A stretch of 64,000 nucleotides of DNA. Source: Candidatus Obscuribacterales bacterium. Lineage in GTDB: Bacteria > Cyanobacteriota > Vampirovibrionia > Obscuribacterales > Obscuribacteraceae. Made by a program: the position numbers and the translations under genes. Location of the stretch: the NCBI GenBank assembly GCA_965228855.1, contig CBDDIJ010000003.1, forward strand, positions 2,400,001 through 2,464,000, written 5' to 3'. The notes under the pieces are model-generated. The model was not told the origin of the DNA and ran no database searches. It worked only from the letters and a program-made list of their open reading frames with translations. Of this stretch, positions 24,765 through 33,358 are shown piece after piece (the stretch's first letter is position 1; each line of letters begins with the position of its first letter).

Positions 24765-25565
24765 ATGGAAATTATCTCGATAACCAGCTTGTCGAATTCT
24801 CTATTGAAGAGAATGCGGCTTATACAAAGCCGCTCGGGCAGGGAAAAGGAAGGTTGCTTCCTGATCGAGGGAGTGAAACTATTCGACGAAGCCGTTAAGC
24901 ACGGCGTCGATATTCAAGACGTGGTCATCACGGAGAGTCTGCTTGCAAGTGGGTTTGCCGCGGGGCATTACAGAGACGTTTTGGATAAAGTCGTAGTCGT
25001 CGAAGACAAACTAATGTCAAGCCTTGCGACGACTGAAACGCCGCAAGGCTTGATTGCTACTGCCGGTTTCAAGCGCTCACAGTTTGACGATTTGTTCGTT
25101 GGAGCAGCACCACTGGTGGTGATTGGTGATCGCGTTCAAGACCCCGGAAATTTGGGAACGATTATGCGAACCGCACTGGCATTCGGCGCAAGCGGTTTAG
25201 TTCTAACAAAAGGTTCGGTAGACGCATTCAATCCCAAGGTCGTACGCGCGGCCGCGGGCGCTCTATTCACTTTGCCGTTCGTGGAAAACGTTTCCATCGA
25301 AGAAGCGGTGCAACAGTGCCGAGAGCACGGTCTGGCGATCCTCGCCCTTTCCGCCGACGGCACGAAACAATTGCACGAGATCGATTTGAAGAAACCAACC
25401 GCTCTCTTGCTCGGCAACGAAGCAAACGGTTTGGAACAATCAGTGGAACAAGATGCGGACTTTGTCGTATCAATCCCAATGGCTGAGAAGAGCGAGTCGT
25501 TGAACGTCGCCATCGCAAACGCCGTGGTTCTTTATGAGGCGGCGTCGCAAAGGCGCAACTATTAA
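24765..25565 (+). CDS. TrmH/SpoU-family RNA 2'-O-methyltransferase
   Basis: QDPGNLGTIMRTA, LLGNEANGL, IPM..SESLNVA. Confidence 0.93.
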   Translation: MEIISITSLSNSLLKRMRLIQSRSGREKEGCFLIEGVKLFDEAVKHGVDIQDVVITESLLASGFAAGHYRDVLDKVVVVEDKLMSSLATTETPQGLIATAGFKRSQFDDLFVGAAPLVVIGDRVQDPGNLGTIMRTALAFGASGLVLTKGSVDAFNPKVVRAAAGALFTLPFVENVSIEEAVQQCREHGLAILALSADGTKQLHEIDLKKPTALLLGNEANGLEQSVEQDADFVVSIPMAEKSESLNVAIANAVVLYEAASQRRNY

Positions 25566-25591
25566 GACAGTGCTACTTTAAACGACATTTG

Positions 25592-27301
25592 CTAGAGTCC
25601 GCGCTTCAACGCATCAGTAAGAGTCTTCGCGGTCCCTTCATGAACGGCACTGTCGATGCCCCTCGTACGCGCCGATGATTGACTGTTGAGTCCTGTCTGG
25701 TTAGTAATTCGATTGAAGGTCAGTAGTGCTGACCTTTTCAACTCAGCGAGTTCTGCGCTAGTCCCCTTTATTTCTCCGCAATCATCTACGGTGTTAGCTT
25801 GCTGCGACGACTCGGAACCTTTAGAGGACGGGAACAGCTCTACGGATAACTCACGACCAGAGAGATAGGGTGCACCGTGCATAATTGCTCTCAAATGCAC
25901 CGGGTCTTCGCATTTGTTCTCGTCTTCAATGCTGGATACAGCGAGTACGACCAGAGTATTTGGTGCCGGCTGATACTGACCCAGAGTCGACTCCACCCAG
26001 ATCCAGCCGGCCCCTGGGTGCCAATACTCGACCAACCAATGCTCAAACATTTCGGCTCCATACCAAGTGGGCAAATGAGACATTGTTCGCGCAGGTATTC
26101 CTCGAGCCCGCATTAGGGCCGCGGCCAGATTCGCTCGACTTGTGCAAGAACCGCCAGAAGCGAGCGCCTTCTTCGCATCCAACGCATCAAACACTGTTCC
26201 GTTACCCTTATTCATTTTGGTAAATCTGATAACGCGACGAACATAGGTCTCCAAATCATCGGTTCCGGCACTCAATTGCAGAGCTTTCGCCTTGATATCA
26301 CGGTCATCACTTTGAACGCAAAGAGAACCTCGTCTCCATGGTGACACTATATTCGGTGCCGACAACGAGACGGAAGGTGGTCTAGTGTCCGCTCGGCCTG
26401 CTACTAAAACACGAGACTCCCACTTAATCAGAACAGGCTCCAGCGAAGTCTTAAGGCGAACTTCGCAAACCCAATTAAGTTTATCCTCGCGTCTTTTGAC
26501 AACATATCCAAGCAAGGCACTCGAAGGATCAGTCGATACATCGAGACTCAATGGAATCTGCTCTCGATAGAGACCGGGAATGGGAAAAGTTACGGTGCCG
26601 GACTCAGAAGGGAACAGAGACTTGACACAGGTTTTGTAGTGAACCGATAAAACCCTCGCCTTCTGTCCCCGACTTTGGAAGTCACTATTCGTTAAATGTT
26701 GACCGGCTCGCCTCTTTTGGTCGCTCGACAGTTTCAGGCTTGGTCGACAGAAGAATGCATTTTTTCCAGAGGCATTAATAACCCAGATGGAGAACGCATT
26801 TGTATCGGAAGGAACGGTGAAGGATGTAGAAAACTCGCTCCAATCGGCATCATTTGCAGGCGCCTCAGACGACCAATTTTGAATCATCCGTCCCTTAGCA
26901 TCATATGCGAATGCGTTGACCTTAAGGCAAACCTGATCATTGGTTCCCTTAAGGTGACAGCGAAACTCTAGTTTCTTATTAACCGGAATATTCGAAACTT
27001 TAGCGCCGATGTGGGACGACTCACCGGAGCCACCCTTCACTGCGTTTAGCTGGACCAGCTTACCCGCTCCGTTCAGAGCGGTTAAGATGACGGCGTGCTG
27101 TAGCCCCCAACCTTTGGCATCATCTTCAAATGAGGAATTCGGCAATAGCTCTGGCGCTGAATCGGTAAGCCTGGTTAGGCGTGTCGTATTTTGATTAGTA
27201 GCTTTGGGTGTTTGGGCATCTGCTACGAAACTGCCGACACCGCAGGAAAGGACAAAAAGCAGCACGATTGCCGATGCCTGGTAACGTTTTCTCAAATTCA
27301 T
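25592..27301 (-). CDS. Exported transglutaminase-like (Cys-His) protein with an N-terminal CBM-like domain
   Basis: Signal peptide; LLPNSSFEDD..GW start of a beta-sandwich; GSCTSRANLAAALMRARGIPAR and EHWLVEYW..GWIWVE. Confidence 0.8.
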   Translation of the reverse strand: MNLRKRYQASAIVLLFVLSCGVGSFVADAQTPKATNQNTTRLTRLTDSAPELLPNSSFEDDAKGWGLQHAVILTALNGAGKLVQLNAVKGGSGESSHIGAKVSNIPVNKKLEFRCHLKGTNDQVCLKVNAFAYDAKGRMIQNWSSEAPANDADWSEFSTSFTVPSDTNAFSIWVINASGKNAFFCRPSLKLSSDQKRRAGQHLTNSDFQSRGQKARVLSVHYKTCVKSLFPSESGTVTFPIPGLYREQIPLSLDVSTDPSSALLGYVVKRREDKLNWVCEVRLKTSLEPVLIKWESRVLVAGRADTRPPSVSLSAPNIVSPWRRGSLCVQSDDRDIKAKALQLSAGTDDLETYVRRVIRFTKMNKGNGTVFDALDAKKALASGGSCTSRANLAAALMRARGIPARTMSHLPTWYGAEMFEHWLVEYWHPGAGWIWVESTLGQYQPAPNTLVVLAVSSIEDENKCEDPVHLRAIMHGAPYLSGRELSVELFPSSKGSESSQQANTVDDCGEIKGTSAELAELKRSALLTFNRITNQTGLNSQSSARTRGIDSAVHEGTAKTLTDALKRGL

Positions 27302-27385
27302 GCCCCGGTTCAAAAGGTTGAATTCAACATATCATCATTTTCGTTCCTCGGGAATAATGGATGAGTATCCGTAGAGGAACTCAAT

Positions 27386-28426
27386 ATGGTCGACGAAAGC
27401 GGCGAAAAACACATCGGCAAATCAGAGAAAAATGTTTCTCGACTGGAATCTCAGATCGGTACCAAAGACGACAATAGTATCGCTACGAAATCGGAACGGA
27501 GCAAGCAGGAAAGCTTCTCCTCGGACACACTGCGAGCGGTATCAGACGACAGAAGTAATTCTCTCCAGATTACCGATGGCGACAGCGTCCTCGTAGACTC
27601 GCATGCAAAGCGTAGTCAGACTTCGGAGCAGGTAAAAACGGAAAGCGGCGAAACTAAAGTTCTGGGGAAAGATGCTCCTGGAACCACAGATGGTGCCGGC
27701 GACGATAAATCAACATCGAAAGTCTTCATCCCGGGCGTCGGAGAGATGGAAATAGACACCGACGCTATGCTTCAAGCAAAGGCTGACCCACTGCGGAAAG
27801 CGGACGGTTCCTTCAAAGATAATCTGGTTGCTTACGATTACAACAAGGAGACCGGACGCTACGAAATAGGCACAAATATAGACGAGATTTTTAAAGAATA
27901 TGTGGACAAAGACGGCATAGTTCCCTTTGGCGGCAAAGTTTCTTGCGACGCATCAAAAAGCCCGAAGAGCAGCGTTTATGCCTCGACCTCGCTTGCAATT
28001 ACAGGAAGTTTCAAAGGCATTGAACGAGACCGGCAGGTTGTCAATGTCAACATCAGCGACCAACTCAAAGTTGGCGGTCAAAACGTCTTCGACGGCAAAC
28101 CACACAGAGGCACTTATCCAATCGCAGCCGAAAGCGGATTAGGTGATTCTCGGCACTGGAAATGGATTGACGCTACCATTCAGCGAATTGGACCCGGGGC
28201 TGAACTGGTAATTTATGGACTGAGTTCTAGCGAAGAGAAACCGACGAACAGCTCCCAATTCGATCATGTTCCTTCCAATCACTGCATTGCAAAAATGAAG
28301 GTCTGGCAAAAGCCTCAGCACGCCTATCCTGGCGACATCTGGCCTCAATACGGCGGACCGAGGAGTCCTGATACAAATTGGAAAAGGAGCGTTACTCAGC
28401 TGAATTTCGCAGAGCAGGTCGAGTAG
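27386..28426 (+). CDS. Hypothetical protein
   Basis: 346-aa ORF with SD GAGGA; low-complexity N-terminus; no family recognised. Confidence 0.65.
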   Translation: MVDESGEKHIGKSEKNVSRLESQIGTKDDNSIATKSERSKQESFSSDTLRAVSDDRSNSLQITDGDSVLVDSHAKRSQTSEQVKTESGETKVLGKDAPGTTDGAGDDKSTSKVFIPGVGEMEIDTDAMLQAKADPLRKADGSFKDNLVAYDYNKETGRYEIGTNIDEIFKEYVDKDGIVPFGGKVSCDASKSPKSSVYASTSLAITGSFKGIERDRQVVNVNISDQLKVGGQNVFDGKPHRGTYPIAAESGLGDSRHWKWIDATIQRIGPGAELVIYGLSSSEEKPTNSSQFDHVPSNHCIAKMKVWQKPQHAYPGDIWPQYGGPRSPDTNWKRSVTQLNFAEQVE

Positions 28427-29475
28427 TGGGCTACTCTTACGGACTGAGAGCGCTGACAAGTTTCACAGCACTACTGTGTCTGTGCTGTTTGCCTGTGCGG
28501 GCAGCCGACGAATCAGAGGTTTCACCGTTTAGCACCGGCAGCTCGGTCACTTCGACCACAGTCCCACAGAGCTTCAAAGAGCTCCCAATAGATGCTGAAG
28601 CCGCAAGTGTTTATGCTGATGTATTGGAAAAGCTCGACCCTATGATGGCCGGGCACGACCACTTCATCGTAGCGCTTGAGAAATTGGCATATGAACTTGA
28701 GAAAAAAAATTTCTTCGACCAGGCCGAAGCGCTGTTAAAGAGAGCAGAAAAGCTCACACTGACCGAATACTTGCAGGTCGAAACGCTGAAATTTAAAATT
28801 CAAGTAGACCTGGCATACTTGAGCTTGATGCAGAAAAAATTCAAGGAAGCTGTCGCGTATGCACGGAAAGCTCGTGAGGATTCGGATCATTCATGGGAGC
28901 CGAGCTATCACGATCCGCAACCTCATGTCGAAACTTTTGAAGCACTGGCAGAAACCTTGATAAACGTAGAACGTCCCGCAGAGGCACTGCCGGTGCTAGA
29001 TGAAGGTCTCGCCTTCATTGCGAAATACAAAAAATTATTCAGCGCAAAACAGTACGCGCTAAACAAAATTGACCTCGACACTTTTAAGGCTGAATCTCTA
29101 ACAAGAATGGGTAAAGTTGAAGCCGCTTCCAGAGCATGGCTCAGCCTCATAAAGGAAACCGAAGATTTGTACGGTGAGAACGTCGGATTCGCTGACATGG
29201 CCGTCGAAAAATATCTCAAATTTTTGGGAGCGAATAATCAGAAAGAGAAAGCCGCCCGTTTCGACAAAACATACGCGGAGCATCGGCTGTATTTGATGAG
29301 ACACAAAAATTTGAATCCAGCCCTTCAGTCTCAGAGAATTTGGAAGGAGCGAGAGGAAGAAGAGAAGGCTAGACGTAAAAATCGTAAACCTCAACGCCCT
29401 ATCGATCCCACTAAGAAAAAAGAAGCAAATGCCGGTTCGTTAACATGGGCGCAGGAGCATCTTCCGCTTAATTGA
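28426..29475 (+). CDS. Exported TPR-repeat protein
   Basis: GTG overlapping the upstream stop; signal peptide ..LLCLCCLPVRA; helical TPR-like repeats. Confidence 0.7.
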   Translation: MGYSYGLRALTSFTALLCLCCLPVRAADESEVSPFSTGSSVTSTTVPQSFKELPIDAEAASVYADVLEKLDPMMAGHDHFIVALEKLAYELEKKNFFDQAEALLKRAEKLTLTEYLQVETLKFKIQVDLAYLSLMQKKFKEAVAYARKAREDSDHSWEPSYHDPQPHVETFEALAETLINVERPAEALPVLDEGLAFIAKYKKLFSAKQYALNKIDLDTFKAESLTRMGKVEAASRAWLSLIKETEDLYGENVGFADMAVEKYLKFLGANNQKEKAARFDKTYAEHRLYLMRHKNLNPALQSQRIWKEREEEEKARRKNRKPQRPIDPTKKKEANAGSLTWAQEHLPLN

Positions 29476-29504
29476 TAGAATGTCTCAGGCGTCGCGGAGA
29501 TGCC

Positions 29505-30584
29505 ATGAGGAGACACGAAACCAGCATGTCGACAGACGGCGACCAAGCCGCTAAACAACCGAAGGACTATGCTGTGGGAGACATCTCACAGGAATCTGAC
29601 GAGCTCGATCTTTCTCCGCAGCCTGTTGCCGAGAAGCACGACATGCCGCCTCGCGAACTCGCAGAGCAAGCGGAAGGCGGGTTGCCCATACTCGTTGGTG
29701 ATGACGACAGCGCCTCCGGAGAGAGCTCGAATCCAATCGTTACTGTTCAAGAACAAGATGAGGACAGCCCTTCGGAAGAACGTTCGAATTCCATCATCAC
29801 AGTAGACGAAGACGACGATTCCGAAGCAATCGTTCAAGACGGTGAAGACGACCAGATCTTCGAGGACGACGAAGACGGCGACTCCGGTCCGGGCTCTATG
29901 ACTCTCGTCGAACACCTGGGAGAACTTCGCGATCGACTTGCGCGTTGTCTGGCTTATGTAGCGGTTTCATTCGGAGTCGCACTCTACTTTGGAAAGCGAA
30001 TAATCGAGTTTCTCGAGAAGCCTGCCGGCGGCATGAAGTTTCAAGCACTATCGATAGAAGAGCCTCTCATCGTATTCTTCAAGGTTACGTTTTACGCGGC
30101 CCTAGTTATTGCGTCGCCATTCATTCTGTTCGAAGTTTCCCGATTTATTGCACCCGGATTAACCCGAAGGGAGAAACAAATCGTGACGCCGGCTCTGGTT
30201 GGCGGTCCCATACTATTCGTCTGTGGTGCGGCATTCGCCTATTACCTGTTGCTGCCGCAAATGTTCCACTTCTTCAATTCATTCGGCATGGGCATCGCAC
30301 CGATTCACCAGCGACTCGACTTCTACATGTCGCTTGTGGCCTCAATCTTGCTATACATGGGATTGTGCTTCCAATTGCCGATTGTAATCTTTGCACTCTC
30401 GTTCACAGGTCTGGTCACTTCGAATCAACTTATTAAAGTATGGCGCTATGCCGTTTTCGGCGCATCTTGCGTAGCCTTGATCATCACACCTGATCCAACC
30501 GCGTTCTCAATGTTGATCGTCATGGGCGCACTAGTCGGTCTCTATGCTATCTCCGTTGTTATTCTCAAGATTTTTGGGCGCTGA
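29505..30584 (+). CDS. tatC: Twin-arginine translocase subunit TatC with a long acidic N-terminal extension
   Basis: MTLVEHLGELRDRL, FIAPGLTRRE, FQLPIV, ITPDPT; six TM segments. Confidence 0.95.
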   Translation: MRRHETSMSTDGDQAAKQPKDYAVGDISQESDELDLSPQPVAEKHDMPPRELAEQAEGGLPILVGDDDSASGESSNPIVTVQEQDEDSPSEERSNSIITVDEDDDSEAIVQDGEDDQIFEDDEDGDSGPGSMTLVEHLGELRDRLARCLAYVAVSFGVALYFGKRIIEFLEKPAGGMKFQALSIEEPLIVFFKVTFYAALVIASPFILFEVSRFIAPGLTRREKQIVTPALVGGPILFVCGAAFAYYLLLPQMFHFFNSFGMGIAPIHQRLDFYMSLVASILLYMGLCFQLPIVIFALSFTGLVTSNQLIKVWRYAVFGASCVALIITPDPTAFSMLIVMGALVGLYAISVVILKIFGR

Positions 30585-31789
30585 TGGATTATCTAAACGA
30601 CGAACGAATTCTTGACTGGCAAAGCCTGATTTGGATTCCCATAATCATCTCGACGATAATTCGCACCAAGAAAGACTGGCGCGAAATATTCGATGCCGAC
30701 TTCACGATGAAAGACCGCGCGGCGTTGATGCAGATAAACTGGTTCATCATCACGCCGATCGTCGTCCTTCTCCATGAATGTGGACACGCGGTCGCCATGC
30801 TATTTTACGGAAGTAAGATAGTCGAATTCCACTACGCGCTGATGTGGGGTTTCGTCAGACAGGATGTGGCATTTACAGACGAACGAGACCTGGTCATCAA
30901 ACTCGCCGGAAGTGTCGTACAAGTTGTGCTCGGGATGTTGATGCTGGTCGCGGCTGTTTTCGTCAAGTCACCGCCCGTGGTGACACTCTTGGTATACAGC
31001 GGTTTGACGGCAATCGCATCGACTCTGATCCTTTATACTTTGAGTTGCTTTTCCGGCTTCATCGGCGACTGGACCTGGATCTACACTTCCCCCAATTTGC
31101 AGTGGAAGCTTGTGATCGGAAGCATTCACGTCACGCTGGTCGGTTTACTCATATACCTTTTCTATGGGTTTTATCCGCGTCTGTGGTTTGCCGGCAAAAC
31201 GCGACCAAAGTGGCATAAAGACTACCTCGCCGCCCAGGCGCGCATAGCGGAAGACCCGTCGGCCAATAACTACTTGAGCCTCGCCTGGCTCTATTACCTC
31301 GTCAACCTTGATAAAGGCGCGCAAAAGACGCTGGATATTGTCAAAGAAAAGGACCCATCCCAGCTTGAGTACTACGTTCTCAATGGTTGGCTACGACAAA
31401 ATAAGGGCGATACGGAGGCGGCAGTCGAGAATTTCGAGGTAATAGTGAACTCGGCAGAGGCGAACTCCTACCAGAAGTGCCGAGCTCTAATGGCGATCGG
31501 GCATTGCCTGCTTTATCAGATGGAAAGCAAGCTCCCACGAGGTGGTAAACCTACATATGACCAGCTGAAGCCGGTAATTGCCTCCTACGAACAAGCCTAT
31601 GCCGCAGAACCCGAGGTTGCTGATCCTATCTATTACAAGGCCACCCTACTTAATAAAGTAGGACTTCACAAAGAAGCGGAGTTTGAACTGAAAGATTTAC
31701 AAGGTCGCAAATGGCTCGACCCTGCCCTCTCCGAGCTTTACCAACACGAATTACAGGTTGCCAGGAAGTCCGATAACCGGCAGCAATAA
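30584..31789 (+). CDS. M50-like membrane zinc metalloprotease with C-terminal TPRs
   Basis: LLHECGH in a TM segment, LAG motif, GDW downstream; TPR C-terminus. Confidence 0.75.
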   Translation: MDYLNDERILDWQSLIWIPIIISTIIRTKKDWREIFDADFTMKDRAALMQINWFIITPIVVLLHECGHAVAMLFYGSKIVEFHYALMWGFVRQDVAFTDERDLVIKLAGSVVQVVLGMLMLVAAVFVKSPPVVTLLVYSGLTAIASTLILYTLSCFSGFIGDWTWIYTSPNLQWKLVIGSIHVTLVGLLIYLFYGFYPRLWFAGKTRPKWHKDYLAAQARIAEDPSANNYLSLAWLYYLVNLDKGAQKTLDIVKEKDPSQLEYYVLNGWLRQNKGDTEAAVENFEVIVNSAEANSYQKCRALMAIGHCLLYQMESKLPRGGKPTYDQLKPVIASYEQAYAAEPEVADPIYYKATLLNKVGLHKEAEFELKDLQGRKWLDPALSELYQHELQVARKSDNRQQ

Positions 31790-31883
31790 AATTCTCTCAG
31801 GCTTGTCATGTTATGTGCTGGCATAATGTCAAGCTCAACGGTAGCCCGTACTAATAGAAACCCTGGATCCCGCATACCTTTCT

Positions 31884-33113
31884 ATGTTTCCAGACCCGAA
31901 CAACCTCTCATTATGGTGCATATCAGGAGTCTCGCTCCTGGTCGCGCTCGACACCACGGTCAGACTGTGGACCGAGCGGCATCGCATGATGAAAGATGAT
32001 TTGAACGACGAAGATCGTTCACTCATCTGGCGGATAGTGTTGTTTCTCGTCTACCCCATCCTCAGCTTGATAGAGCTACGCAGCACTATCGTGGCGACAG
32101 ATATGATGGGCGGGCACATAGGCGAATGGACATACGGGCTGATGTGGTATGAAGCCGTTCCCGCCGAGCTTCCGCAACAATTGATTATTCCTGCGGTTTT
32201 CTGCGGCGAAGTCGCACAGGGAATTCTTGCCCTGTTTCTGATTTCGGCACTTTTCTTTCGCCCACATCCTTTTCTGGCTACATTAATCGGCTATTCCGTC
32301 AGTTTTATTTTCGGTCTAAACCTTGTCGTAGAACCGCTTCTGGCACTCACAGGCTTAGCTGGTAACAAGTGGCAAATCGCCCTGACTCAGACAACCTGGG
32401 AACAGCAACTGCCACTAATAGTGGTGCACGCAGGTTTGGCCGTGATCTTCTTAATCGCCGTCAGAAACAGCCGGGTACGAATGTGGTTCTCTGATCTCAC
32501 TAGACCCGATGCGTCGGACCGCTTAAAAGCTGCCATCACCGACCACTCTTCAAATCCGGCATGCGCGCGCCTTACTTGCCGCCTCGGCTTGATGTACGAC
32601 CGCGCCGGTTTAAGACGCCAGGCAAAGCGCCAGCTGAATAGCTTGAAACGCAACTATAGAGAATCTATTTATACGGCGTTTCTAGACGCTCTCATGTCAT
32701 ACAAGCGTAGAAACTATGAATTGGCGCGCAAACAATTTCTACACGCCTCAAACTATGCAGAAATAGATGGCGAACTCAAAGCGAGTTTATTAGCGGCAAG
32801 TTCATGCGCAGCGTTCGCATCCGGTGACACGCTCGGTGCTTTGAACCTGTCGGAACGCGCCCTTGAATTCGATGATGCCTCGATGGTGGCACGAATGGTC
32901 AAGGTCGACGCATTCTTGAAACTCGGCAGAAAAGAGCAAGCCGCCGAAGAAATCCTGGTGGCAATGCACTCCGGCATGCCGCTGGATCTCGAAAACAAAG
33001 TCCCGCTGGACATGGACAAAGCTTTTGAATCGATAGTTCTCATTGAAGAAACTAAACGTGGTCGGCGTTTACTCGAAGCCATCGGAGGGGGCGAGCTGTC
33101 GACGCGAAGCTGA
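31884..33113 (+). CDS. Paralog of the upstream M50-like/TPR protein lacking HExxH (pseudo-protease)
   Basis: PILSLIELRSTIVAT aligns with PIVVLLHECGHAVAM; YGLMW/YALMW; TPR C-terminus. Confidence 0.7.
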   Translation: MFPDPNNLSLWCISGVSLLVALDTTVRLWTERHRMMKDDLNDEDRSLIWRIVLFLVYPILSLIELRSTIVATDMMGGHIGEWTYGLMWYEAVPAELPQQLIIPAVFCGEVAQGILALFLISALFFRPHPFLATLIGYSVSFIFGLNLVVEPLLALTGLAGNKWQIALTQTTWEQQLPLIVVHAGLAVIFLIAVRNSRVRMWFSDLTRPDASDRLKAAITDHSSNPACARLTCRLGLMYDRAGLRRQAKRQLNSLKRNYRESIYTAFLDALMSYKRRNYELARKQFLHASNYAEIDGELKASLLAASSCAAFASGDTLGALNLSERALEFDDASMVARMVKVDAFLKLGRKEQAAEEILVAMHSGMPLDLENKVPLDMDKAFESIVLIEETKRGRRLLEAIGGGELSTRS

Positions 33114-33358
33114 AGACTCATCAATTAATAACGTCTTTTGCGGAATTAGTAAAAACTAACCTGGAATCGCTGGTGAAAACCAGATATACGACTATCGATA
33201 GAAATCAACAGGAATCCCGAAGTTAGACGGTCAATACGTAGGAACCCCATTTCAGACCAATAAATTTGCCAATTTTGCGCATTTTGCCCATTCTTTGAAA
33301 CGCACTTCTAGACATATAATGCTGGCAGCAAGCGCATAAACAGGTTCAAAGCAGCCAC

